Assembly: GCA_019638075.1 (NCBI GenBank)
Contig: JAHBUM010000002.1
Span: 1-44,456 of the forward strand
DNA: 44,456 bases
Source: Flavobacteriales bacterium
GTDB lineage: Bacteria > Bacteroidota > Bacteroidia > Flavobacteriales_F > PHOS-HE28
Direction of reading: 5' to 3'
Within the stretch, counting starts at the first letter, position 1; each line of letters starts with the position of its first letter. Under the pieces are notes generated by a model. That model made no database searches. It was given only the letters and a program-made list of their open reading frames with translations, and was not told where the DNA came from. This document shows positions 33,580-41,659 of this stretch, piece after piece. Position numbers and translations under genes: made by a program.

Positions 33580-34143
33580 ATGAACATCGTCATCCGCCGC
33601 GCCGAGCCCCGTGATGTGCCGCGCATGCTGGAACTGGTGAGGGAACTGGCCCTGCTCGAGCGCGCACCGGAAGAAGTGACCGTGACACCGGAACACATGC
33701 TGGACGCAGGCTTCGGGCCGGATCCGGTGTGGGTGGGGTGGGTGGCGGAAATGCGACCAGAGGATCAGAAAATGAGAAGATCGGAAAATGACCTCGAACG
33801 CGAGGCGCGATCTTCTGATCTTCTGATCCGCTCATTTTCTGATCGCATCGCAGGCATCGCCGTCTGCTACGAACGCTATTCTACGTGGAAGGGCCGGCGC
33901 CTCTATCTGGAAGACATCATCGTGACGGAAGCCGCGCGCGGGCAGCGCATCGGTGAAAAGCTCTTCAGGGCGTGCGCGGCCTACGCGGTGGAGCATGGCT
34001 ACAGCGGTATGACGTGGCAGGTGCTGGATTGGAACACCGATGCCATCCGGTTCTATGAGCGGTTCGGCACGACGCTGGACCCCGAGTGGGTGAACGGGTC
34101 GCTGGACAGGGAGCAGTTGACGGCGGTGGTGGCTGGCCAATGA
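33580..34143 (+). CDS. GNAT family N-acetyltransferase carrying a 32-codon repeat-element insertion
   Basis: Trimmed to [24 protein letters not shown] (ATG 33580). GNAT core [64 protein letters not shown]. See the repeat at 33751-33846. Confidence 0.85.
   Translation: MNIVIRRAEPRDVPRMLELVRELALLERAPEEVTVTPEHMLDAGFGPDPVWVGWVAEMRPEDQKMRRSENDLEREARSSDLLIRSFSDRIAGIAVCYERYSTWKGRRLYLEDIIVTEAARGQRIGEKLFRACAAYAVEHGYSGMTWQVLDWNTDAIRFYERFGTTLDPEWVNGSLDREQLTAVVAGQ
33751..33846. repeat. GATCAGA-word hairpin element inserted in frame in the GNAT gene (96 nt)
   Basis: 14-bp perfect inverted repeat GATCAGAAAATGAG (33763-33776) / CTCATTTTCTGATC (33831-33844). Inner AAGATCG (33777-33783) / CGATCTT (33808-33814). 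Two reverse-complement copies of GATCAGAAG at 33812-33828. It encodes [32 protein letters not shown] between the conserved VAE and IAGIAV. Confidence 0.8.
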
Positions 34144-34147
34144 CCGC

Positions 34148-34657
34148 TCAACGCGCAGCGGGCGCTTCCTTCGCCACCTTTTCGCGGGCTTTCAACACCT
34201 GATGCACAGCGTGGCCCTGCGGGAATTGTGCCGCCCACTCGGCGAGCTTCGCGCGGCCCAAGCGCCGGTCGGCCGAGATCAACACGGGTGTCAGGTCCAA
34301 GGCGTAGGTGATGCGCGGTCCATCTTTCCGGAAACCTTGATAGAAGAGGTCCACTTGTTCCTTCTCGAAGCGATGGGTGAGAAGGTCATCGACGGGCGTG
34401 TCGATATACGCGCGCAGCAGCCCGCTGATGTCCACCATGGCGGGCCACACGTGCGGCGTTTCCTGCTTCACGGGAAAATCGCCGGGGAAATGCCAGACCG
34501 TCTCGCCATCCAGTTTCAACGTATAGCGCGGTACCCGCACTTCGCTGTATTGCGTGCGGTGGGCATGCACGAAGCAATCCACGCGCAGGTCGAGGCCCGG
34601 TACGAACAGGGCTTCCACCTGCTTCTTCAATTTGGAGAACGGGCGCTGTTGTGGCAT
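34148..34657 (-). CDS. Uncharacterised conserved protein (169 aa)
   Basis: MPQQRPFSKLKKQVEALFVPGLDLRVDCFVHAHRTQY...ISADRRLGRAKL... Non-artefactual composition. It is convergent with the GNAT gene (4-nt gap). No catalytic motif recognised. Confidence 0.55.
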   Translation of the reverse strand: MPQQRPFSKLKKQVEALFVPGLDLRVDCFVHAHRTQYSEVRVPRYTLKLDGETVWHFPGDFPVKQETPHVWPAMVDISGLLRAYIDTPVDDLLTHRFEKEQVDLFYQGFRKDGPRITYALDLTPVLISADRRLGRAKLAEWAAQFPQGHAVHQVLKAREKVAKEAPAAR

Positions 34658-34706
34658 GCGATGCGAAGCTACGCTGAAGGCTATCTTCGGTGATCACGTC
34701 AACACC

Positions 34707-35024
34707 ATGGGTCTCTACTGCTCCGTTACCGTGCCTGTGCAGTGCCCGTATTGCGGCATCGTTGAAGCGCGCGAATGCCAGACCAAGGATCTGCGCGGTA
34801 TTTATGACTTCGAGGCATGGAAAGTAGGCGACAATATTCTTGCATCCTTTCCGGATGAGCTGCACTGCCGTGCTGGATGCACGCAGCTACCGACATGCGG
34901 AAGGCCTGAGACGTTCCCCAATGGAAATACATGGGTCCATGAACGCAGGTTCAGGGTCACGGTGAAGTTGAAGAACAGCCTCATCACTGGCGAACATGAG
35001 TCGTTCGAGGACCATGAGGGTTGA
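34707..35024 (+). CDS. Small Cys-rich protein (105 aa; CPYC...C...C..C....C, possible zinc ribbon)
   Basis: Trimmed to MGLYCSVTVPVQCPYCGIVEARECQTKDLRG... Visibly lower GC than the surroundings. Divergent from 34148..34657. Confidence 0.45.
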   Translation: MGLYCSVTVPVQCPYCGIVEARECQTKDLRGIYDFEAWKVGDNILASFPDELHCRAGCTQLPTCGRPETFPNGNTWVHERRFRVTVKLKNSLITGEHESFEDHEG

Positions 35025-35051
35025 TCCACTTCCAACGGAACCTTCACCACC

Positions 35052-35816
35052 ATGCTCCTCCAATACGCCAGCGACCTCCACCTCGAGTTCCCCGAGAACC
35101 GGGCGTGGCTGAAGGCGCATCCCATCGAGCCTGCCGCCGAGGTTCTGCTGCTGGCCGGTGATGTGCTGCCATCGCATCAGGTGGCAGGCGCACCCGGCCT
35201 GTTGAAGCGGTTGGCCAAAGGCTTCCGCGAGGTGATCTGGCTGCCCGGCAACCACGAGTACTATGGCGGGCGCATCGAGGACGCGGACCTGGACCTCGAC
35301 AGCCGCCCGTACCCGAACATCCGCGTGGTGAACAACCGCGCGGTGCATTACCCCGGCGTGCGAATCCTCTGCACCACCTTGTGGACGGCCATCGCGCAGA
35401 TGAACGAGGCCGCCATGCGCCACAACATGAACGACTACCACGTCATCCGCCACGGCCATGGTCTGTTGTTGCCCGCGCACACCACGCGCTTCCACGAACG
35501 CTGCCTTGCGTGGCTGAAGAGCGAGCTCGCCAAGCCCTTCGACGGTCGCACCGTGGTGGCCACGCACCATGTGCCCACGTTGCAACACTACCCGCCGGAG
35601 TACGCGGGCAGCGCGCTCAACCAAGCCTTCGCCGTGGAGCTTGATGAACTGATCGCCGACAGCGGGGCCGTGGCATGGATCTACGGCCATCATCACCGCA
35701 ACATCCCCGCGTTCACGATCGGCAGCACGCGCATGCTGACCAACCAGCTCGGCTATGTGGCCTCCGGCGAACACCGCAGCTTCGATCCGGGTGCCGTGCT
35801 CGATACCGATGCGTAG
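35052..35816 (+). CDS. Metallophosphoesterase (calcineurin-like)
   Basis: ASDLHLEF, LLLAGDV, LPGNHEYY, VATHH, IYGHHH are the ordered MPE metal-binding motifs. Confidence 0.85.
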   Translation: MLLQYASDLHLEFPENRAWLKAHPIEPAAEVLLLAGDVLPSHQVAGAPGLLKRLAKGFREVIWLPGNHEYYGGRIEDADLDLDSRPYPNIRVVNNRAVHYPGVRILCTTLWTAIAQMNEAAMRHNMNDYHVIRHGHGLLLPAHTTRFHERCLAWLKSELAKPFDGRTVVATHHVPTLQHYPPEYAGSALNQAFAVELDELIADSGAVAWIYGHHHRNIPAFTIGSTRMLTNQLGYVASGEHRSFDPGAVLDTDA

Positions 35817-35857
35817 CAGCGAAGTGAAGATGTGAGAGGGTCCGAGAGTTCAAGGGT

Positions 35858-35903
35858 GGTCGGCAGCAGGCGGTCGGCCATGCCCGATATGCCACTGCCG
35901 ACT
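35858..35903. repeat. Word-periodic hairpin element (GGTCGGCAG...CTGCCGACT)
   Basis: GGTCGGCAGCAGGCGGTCGGCC on the left. GTCGGCAG (35859-35866) pairs with CTGCCGAC (35895-35902). The right end CTGCCGACTTGCATT resembles 22815-22829. Confidence 0.6.
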
Positions 35904-35982
35904 TGCATTCCTCTCTTCCTCTCCCCGCACCGTATTCCGCAAGTCTTCCGCATCTTCGCGCCGCGAAAGCAAACGGGGGGGA

Positions 35983-37236
35983 ATGAAAGTCTTCAAGTTC
36001 GGGGGGGCCAGCGTGAAGGATGCCGCTGGGGTGCGCAACGTCGCCGAGGTGCTCAAGCACTTCGCATTGGATGATCTGCTGATCGTGGTGAGCGCCATGG
36101 GCAAGACCACCAACGCCTTGGAAGAGGTGGTGTGGGCTTATGCCGATGGGCGTGATGCGTTGCCGAAGGTGGCGGAGCTTGAGCAGCAGCACTTCGCGGT
36201 GCTGAAGGAAGTGGCGCCAGATGATGACACGGCGCGCGCTGCGTTGGAGGAGCAGTTCCACGCGCTGCGCTTCCAGCTTACGATCCCGGTCATTCTGGAC
36301 GTGGACCACTATTACGATCAATTCGTTGCGTTCGGGGAATTGTGGAGCACGATCATCGTGAGCGCATACCTGAACGCAGCAGGCATCGCGAACAAGTGGG
36401 TGGATGCGCGCAGGATCATCACCACGGACGACCGGCACCGGGCGGCCAACGTGAAATGGGACGCTCTCGAAGAGAACACCAACCTGCCTTCGTTCGATGA
36501 ACATCCGCACCGGATCCTCACACAGGGCTTCATCGGAAGCACGGAGGATGGGCATACCACCACGCTCGGCCGCGAAGGATCGGACTTCAGCGCAGCCATC
36601 TTCGCCTATATGCTGGATGCGGAAAGCGTCACCATCTGGAAGGACGTGCCCGGCATGTTCAACGCAGACCCCAATCGGTTCGCGGACACGAAACTGCTGG
36701 AACACATCAGCTACAAGGAGGCCATCGAGCTCAGCTACTTCGGTGCCAGTGTGATCCACCCGCGCACGCTGCAACCGCTGCAACGCAAGCACATCCCGCT
36801 CTATGTGCGCTCGTTCATCGACCTTGCCGCGCCGGGCAGCACCATCAGCGAAGCCACGGACCACGACACGCTGATCCCGTCGTTCATCGTGAAGCCCGGC
36901 CAGCTGCTCATCAGCATCACCCCGCGCGACCTCAGCTTCATTGTGGAGGAGAACCTTGGCGACATCTTCAAGCTCTTCGCGAAGCGCAACGTGCGCATCG
37001 ACCTGATGCAGAACAGCGCCGTGGCCTTCACCGTGGCCGTGGAGGATACGCCGCGCTCGCGCTCGCTGATCGAGGAACTGCGCAAGGAGTACGAAGTGCT
37101 CTACAACGAAGGCTGCGAGCTGCTCACCGTGCGCCATTTCGATGAGCCGACGCTGGCCCGGCTCACGGAAGGCAAGCGTATCCTGATCGAACAGCGGAGC
37201 CGCGCAACGGCCCGTTACGTGACCAAAGCATTGTAG
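35983..37236 (+). CDS. lysC: Aspartate kinase
   Basis: MKVFKFGGASVKDA...VVSAMGKTTNAL...GREGSDFSAAIFA...DVPGMFNADP, with C-terminal ACT-like repeats. 417 aa. Confidence 0.9.
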   Translation: MKVFKFGGASVKDAAGVRNVAEVLKHFALDDLLIVVSAMGKTTNALEEVVWAYADGRDALPKVAELEQQHFAVLKEVAPDDDTARAALEEQFHALRFQLTIPVILDVDHYYDQFVAFGELWSTIIVSAYLNAAGIANKWVDARRIITTDDRHRAANVKWDALEENTNLPSFDEHPHRILTQGFIGSTEDGHTTTLGREGSDFSAAIFAYMLDAESVTIWKDVPGMFNADPNRFADTKLLEHISYKEAIELSYFGASVIHPRTLQPLQRKHIPLYVRSFIDLAAPGSTISEATDHDTLIPSFIVKPGQLLISITPRDLSFIVEENLGDIFKLFAKRNVRIDLMQNSAVAFTVAVEDTPRSRSLIEELRKEYEVLYNEGCELLTVRHFDEPTLARLTEGKRILIEQRSRATARYVTKAL

Positions 37237-37256
37237 CCGGGGAGTAGCTTCGCGGC

Positions 37257-38297
37257 ATGCTTCCAGTTCGATCGCTCGCGCGGATCATCGTGCTTCTTAT
37301 CACTGTGGCGTTCGCGCGGTCGTGGTCGTTCGCGCAGGAAGCACCGGCCCCTGAAAGCCCGGCGGCGATCAAGGCTGCCATCGTACAGCACAAGGATGGC
37401 ATCGCGGCGGCGGACTCCGCCATGGACATCGCAGCGGCGATACGGCTCCGCATGGCGCTCGCCGCGCTGAGCAAGCCGAAGGAAGCGCAGGAACTGTACG
37501 AAGCCGTGGTGTACTTGGCGGATAGCACGGGCCGCGTGGAGGACGAACTGGCCGCGCGACGGGCTTTGGCGAGTACGCTGGCCGCACGTGGGCAGATGAA
37601 GCAGGCCTACGAGGAGGCGCTGCGTGTGGCCGATAGGGTAGGGGAGTGGTCGGCGGAGCGATCGGATTCATTGAATGCGGGTTGGGAACGTGCCCTGCGG
37701 ATCGCGGACCAGCAGCGCGACAGCCTTGGCGTTGCGGCGATGGCCTCGCGCAAGGCAGCGGAGCAGCGTGTGACCGGGGCGGAAGAGCGGGTGGAGTTCT
37801 GGATGTGGATGGCCGTACTGTCGATAGCCGTTGCTGTTCTCACCATCGCGCTGATGGCATGGATGAACAGCAAGGCGCTCCGCCGTCATCGCGAAGAGCT
37901 CGCCGCGTTGCGATCGGATGTGAATGTGTTGGCCGAACGTCACCAGAACCGCCTGCGCGATGCAGGGCCGTCCATATCGGAGAAGCCGGCCGTCGCCGAT
38001 CCCGTTGCCGGGCCGCCGGTGGTCGAGGCGCCTGCTGGAGAGGTCGACCCGATCGTCATGGGCATGTTCCGCAAGCAGGCGCCTGAGCGGCTGGCAACGT
38101 TGCGCGAAGCGCGTATGCGCGGTGATCACGGAAAGGTGCAGCGCGTGGTGCACACTTTGAAACCGCAATTGGTCAACTTCGATCCGGCATTTGCGGAGCT
38201 CTGTGCCCGCCTCGCGGATCCCGCAGCACCCCAAGGTGCGGCATGGAACGCCGATCTTGATGCGTTGGAGGCCCGCATCACGCGGATCCTCGGGTGA
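37257..38297 (+). CDS. Membrane-anchored protein with a helical periplasmic domain and a C-terminal HPt (histidine phosphotransfer) domain
   Basis: Signal/anchor MLPVRSLARIIVLLITVAFARSWSFAQE. Ala/Leu-rich helical region. TM FWMWMAVLSIAVAVLTIALMAW. C-terminal FRKQAPERLATLREARMRGDHGKVQRVVHTLKPQLVNF matches the HPt pattern (..aH.LKg..). Confidence 0.6.
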   Translation: MLPVRSLARIIVLLITVAFARSWSFAQEAPAPESPAAIKAAIVQHKDGIAAADSAMDIAAAIRLRMALAALSKPKEAQELYEAVVYLADSTGRVEDELAARRALASTLAARGQMKQAYEEALRVADRVGEWSAERSDSLNAGWERALRIADQQRDSLGVAAMASRKAAEQRVTGAEERVEFWMWMAVLSIAVAVLTIALMAWMNSKALRRHREELAALRSDVNVLAERHQNRLRDAGPSISEKPAVADPVAGPPVVEAPAGEVDPIVMGMFRKQAPERLATLREARMRGDHGKVQRVVHTLKPQLVNFDPAFAELCARLADPAAPQGAAWNADLDALEARITRILG

Positions 38298-38301
38298 TCG
38301 G

Positions 38302-39201
38302 TCACTCCCGGCTCTCCATCAGTTTGATCGCGCGGTCCGGGTAGTCGGTGATGATGCCGTCCACGCCGAGGTCGAGCATGCGGCGGATGTCGGCGGGTTC
38401 GTTCACCGTCCACACGATCAGTTCCATCTGCTTTTCGCGGATCGCATGCAGCAGCTTCTCATCCACCATGCTGAAGTGCGGGCTGAAGATGGCAGGCACG
38501 AAGGAGAGGCGGGCGAGGTGCTCGTTCAGCGATGCCTTGTCCTCCACGAGGAAGGCGAGGTGCAGGTCGTCGCGCTCGGCGTGGATCGCTTCCAAGATCG
38601 CGGGGTCGAAGGACTGGATCACGCAGCGGTCGGCGATGCCCAGCGCATCCACCTCGTCGATCACGGCCAGTGCGAATGCCTTCGGGTCGGGCTGGAATAT
38701 GCCGTACAGCTCCGGCTCGCTCTTCACCTCGATGTTGAATGAAGGCGCCGCCACGCCGCTCAGCATGGCATGCTCATCCACGGCGGCCACCACTTGGGCC
38801 AGTGTGGGTTTGTACGTGCTGCGCGTATCCTGATCCGCATACTCCTCATGCTCCAACGATCCGCAGTCGAACCGCTGGATCTCCGCCACGGTCATCGCGT
38901 ACAGGTTGAACGTGCGCTCTTCTTCCGCGCTGATGGGATCTCCTTCCGGGGTGGTGCAGATGTCTCCGCGCATCCACGGCTCGTGCGACACGATGAGCTG
39001 TCCATCCTTGCTCATCACCACATCCAGCTCGAGGTAGTCGCAGCCCAGCTCGGTCGCTTTCAGGAAGGCGGGCAGGCTGTTCTCGGGCAGCAGCCCACGG
39101 CAGCCCCGGTGGCCATGGATGTCGGGGTGCAGGTTCTTCTGGGGCATGCAGGCGGAGAGGATCAGGGCGCAGGCGATCGTGAGGGGCTCAGGTCGTGCCA
39201 T
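38302..39201 (-). CDS. Glycerophosphodiester phosphodiesterase (GDPD) lipoprotein
   Basis: Trimmed to MARPEPLTIACALILSAC (ATG 39201). HGHRGCRGLLPENSLPAF, ELDVVMSKDGQLIVSHE, and the C-terminal VWTVN / GVDGIITDYP motifs. Confidence 0.88.
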   Translation of the reverse strand: MARPEPLTIACALILSACMPQKNLHPDIHGHRGCRGLLPENSLPAFLKATELGCDYLELDVVMSKDGQLIVSHEPWMRGDICTTPEGDPISAEEERTFNLYAMTVAEIQRFDCGSLEHEEYADQDTRSTYKPTLAQVVAAVDEHAMLSGVAAPSFNIEVKSEPELYGIFQPDPKAFALAVIDEVDALGIADRCVIQSFDPAILEAIHAERDDLHLAFLVEDKASLNEHLARLSFVPAIFSPHFSMVDEKLLHAIREKQMELIVWTVNEPADIRRMLDLGVDGIITDYPDRAIKLMESRE

Positions 39202-40135
39202 TCGGGAAATGATGGAGGATCTTGGAGGCCAGCACATCGGCCATCTTGAATTTGCCTTCGTGCGTGACACCGGCGATGTGCGGAGTGAGCAGCACGCGGT
39301 CGTGGCGCAGCAGGCGGGCGTAGGTGTGTTGGTCCATTGTGGGATCGAGGCCGTCCAGTTCGGGCCGCTCGAACTCCAGCACGTCCAGCCCGGCGGCGAG
39401 CACACGGCCATCGTCGATCGCATCGAGCAATGCCTTCGTGTGTACCACGCCGCCGCGCGAGGTGTTGAGGAACCACACGGGCTTCTTCAGCCGCGCGAAG
39501 AAGGCGGCATCCGCATAATGCTTCGTTCCGTTGTTCAGCGGAAGATGCAGGCTGATCGCGTCGCTCTCGTCCAACACTTGGTCGAGCGTGCGTTCTTCGA
39601 TCCCTTCCGCACCGAAACCGCTCCTGTACTTGTCGTGGCCGATGATGCGCACGCCGAAGCCGCGCAGCTTCTCCGCGAACGAACTGCCCATCTGCCCATA
39701 GCCGATGATGCCCACCGTCTTTCCACGCAGGTCCGTTCCGCGCAGGGCTTCACGCGGCCACAGTCCGTTGCGCACGGCCGTGTTCGCAGGCACCAGCTTC
39801 TTCAGCAGCGCGAGCAGCAGCATCACGCAGCTTTCGCCCACGCCATCGCGGTTGCCTTCCGGTGAGTTGAGTACGAGGATGCCCTTCTGCCCGCAATGTT
39901 CCACGTCGATGTTCTCCAATCCCGCGCCCACACGCGCGATGAAACGCAGCCCCGGTGAGCGGTCGATCGCGGCGGCATCGAAGCGGCTGCTGCGCACCAC
40001 GATGCCATCCATGGTGGCGAGGGCCGCTTGCCGATCGGCATCCGGCAGGGCATGCACGAGCGTGCAGGCATGACCGGCCGCCTCCACCCGCTGCGCGATG
40101 ACCGGATGCACGGGATCCAGAATGCCGATGCGCAT
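39188..40135 (-). CDS. D-isomer-specific 2-hydroxyacid dehydrogenase (phosphoglycerate dehydrogenase-like)
   Basis: Trimmed to MRIGILDPVHPV (ATG 40135). GKTVGIIGYGQMGSSFA Rossmann motif, NTSRGGVV, LDVLEFE, TPHIAG catalytic His region. It overlaps the GDPD start by 14 nt. Confidence 0.85.
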   Translation of the reverse strand: MRIGILDPVHPVIAQRVEAAGHACTLVHALPDADRQAALATMDGIVVRSSRFDAAAIDRSPGLRFIARVGAGLENIDVEHCGQKGILVLNSPEGNRDGVGESCVMLLLALLKKLVPANTAVRNGLWPREALRGTDLRGKTVGIIGYGQMGSSFAEKLRGFGVRIIGHDKYRSGFGAEGIEERTLDQVLDESDAISLHLPLNNGTKHYADAAFFARLKKPVWFLNTSRGGVVHTKALLDAIDDGRVLAAGLDVLEFERPELDGLDPTMDQHTYARLLRHDRVLLTPHIAGVTHEGKFKMADVLASKILHHFPNGTT

Positions 40136-40137
40136 GG

Positions 40138-41505
40138 TCAGGAGAGCATGCCATACATCAGGTGCCCTACGGTGAAGTAGGTGAGCAGCCCGAAGATGTC
40201 GTTCAACGTGGTGACGAACGGCCCGGTGGCGAGGGCCGGATCCACCTTCAGGCGGTCCATCAACAGCGGTATCACCGTACCGAACATGGCGGCGGTGACG
40301 ATCACGGTGAAGAGCGCGATGCTGACGGTGTAGGTGAGCGCCTGCGATTGTTCCAGCGCGAAATTGATGGCGAAGATGACGGCGCCGCAGACCAGCGCGG
40401 TCAGCAGGGCCACGCGCAGTTCCTTCCACATCCGCGTGAACAGGTTCACGTTCGCCATGCTGCCGGAGGCGAGGCCCTGCACCACGATGGCCGAGGACTG
40501 CACCCCCACGTTCCCCGCCGTGGCCGCGATCAGTGGCATGAAGAACGCCATGGTGGGGTCGATGCGCAGCTGCCCTTCGTACTGCGCGATGATGCGTGAG
40601 GAGATGATGCCACCCGCAAGGCCGATCAGCAGCCACGGCAGCCGGGCGCGTACCTGCACGATGGGGCTGTCCGTGGCGTCCACGTCCTCGCTGATACCGC
40701 TGGCGAGCTGGTAGTCCTCGGTGGCCTCCTCGGTCATCACGTCCATCACGTCATCGAAGGTGATGCGGCCGATCAGGTGGTCATGGTCGTCCACCACGGG
40801 CAGTGCGGCCACGTCGTACTTCTTCATCAGCTTCACCACCTCCTCCACGTCGTCATCGGCCTTCACGCTCACGATGTCGGTGTCGCAGATGTGCTTGATC
40901 AGGGTGCGCGTGCTCTCGGCGGAGAAGAGCAGGTCCTTCAGCGGCAATATGCCCAGCAGGCAGCCGTCCTTGTCCACCACGTAGATGGTGGAGGCGTGTT
41001 CCACTTCCTGCGCCTGCCGCCGCATCTCCACGATGGCGCGCGCCACGGTCCAGTCGGAGCGCACTTGGATCAGCTCCTTCGCCATCAGCGCGCCCGCCGT
41101 GCCTTCGGGGTGTGCCAGCAGCTCTTGGATGTCCTCGCGATGCTCGTGGTCGTCGAGCAGGGCGATCACCTCGCGCTGCTTGTCCTCGGGCAGCTCGGCC
41201 ATCACGTCGGCCGCGTCGTCCGTGTCGATGTGCTCCAGCACGTCCTCGGCGATCTCGCGGCTGGTGAGCGAGTTCAGCAGGTCTTCGCGCAGGCCCTCGC
41301 GCAGTTCGAGCAGCACCTCGGCAGCCACCTCGCTTTCGAGCAGGCGGTACACGTACACGGCCTCGTCCAGCCCCAGCTGATCGAGGATGGCCCCGATGTC
41401 CGCCGGGTGCAGGTCCGCCAGCAGTGCTTGGATCACCGAATCGCGCCCCTGCGCCACATCGGTGCGGAGGGCATCCAGCTGGGGCCGGGTGAGTTCGAAG
41501 GACAT
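40138..41505 (-). CDS. mgtE: Magnesium transporter MgtE
   Basis: 455 aa. N-domain (DLHPADIGAILDQL), CBS pair, and C-terminal 5-TM domain with ...PLIAATAGNVGVQSS... and GPFVTTLNDIFGLL. Confidence 0.93.
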   Translation of the reverse strand: MSFELTRPQLDALRTDVAQGRDSVIQALLADLHPADIGAILDQLGLDEAVYVYRLLESEVAAEVLLELREGLREDLLNSLTSREIAEDVLEHIDTDDAADVMAELPEDKQREVIALLDDHEHREDIQELLAHPEGTAGALMAKELIQVRSDWTVARAIVEMRRQAQEVEHASTIYVVDKDGCLLGILPLKDLLFSAESTRTLIKHICDTDIVSVKADDDVEEVVKLMKKYDVAALPVVDDHDHLIGRITFDDVMDVMTEEATEDYQLASGISEDVDATDSPIVQVRARLPWLLIGLAGGIISSRIIAQYEGQLRIDPTMAFFMPLIAATAGNVGVQSSAIVVQGLASGSMANVNLFTRMWKELRVALLTALVCGAVIFAINFALEQSQALTYTVSIALFTVIVTAAMFGTVIPLLMDRLKVDPALATGPFVTTLNDIFGLLTYFTVGHLMYGMLS

Positions 41506-41557
41506 GGCGCGGAGCCCTTTGTTCAGGGCGGCGCGAAGCTACGAAGGGGGGGAGGTA

Positions 41558-41656
41558 GGTTACGTGTTGGCGTGTTGCGTGTTACGGGTTGGCTACCCGA
41601 ACCCGCAACACGTCAACACGTAACCCGCAAACACGCAACCCGTCAACCCGCAACGC
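41558..41656. repeat. Word-periodic hairpin element (GTTNCGK 7/8-mers vs CAACACG/CCGCAAC words) between rsmA and mgtE
   Basis: GGTTACGTGTTG (41558-41569) pairs perfectly with CAACACGTAACC (41614-41625). A G.U pair follows, then CGTGTTGCG (41571-41579) pairs with CGCAACACG (41604-41612). That gives a 22-bp near-continuous stem plus about 4 inner bp. Roughly four extra unpaired C-rich words extend to 41656. Confidence 0.8.
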
Positions 41657-41659
41657 ATT

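Noticed and set aside
35817-35982. Possible lysine riboswitch (L-box) upstream of aspartate kinase.
   Set aside because: The region is too short and is dominated by the GGTCGGCAG hairpin element. I could not find the conserved L-box helices or junction sequences.
39188-39201. 14-nt overlap of the dehydrogenase 3' end with the GDPD start, as a possible frameshift or fusion.
   Set aside because: Both proteins are full length with intact N- and C-terminal family motifs. Short overlaps are common throughout this window.
41506-41659. Possible M-box (Mg2+) riboswitch upstream of mgtE.
   Set aside because: The 155-nt leader is almost entirely the low-complexity heptamer hairpin plus a C-tract and -7-like box. 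None of the multi-helix M-box core sequence is recognisable.
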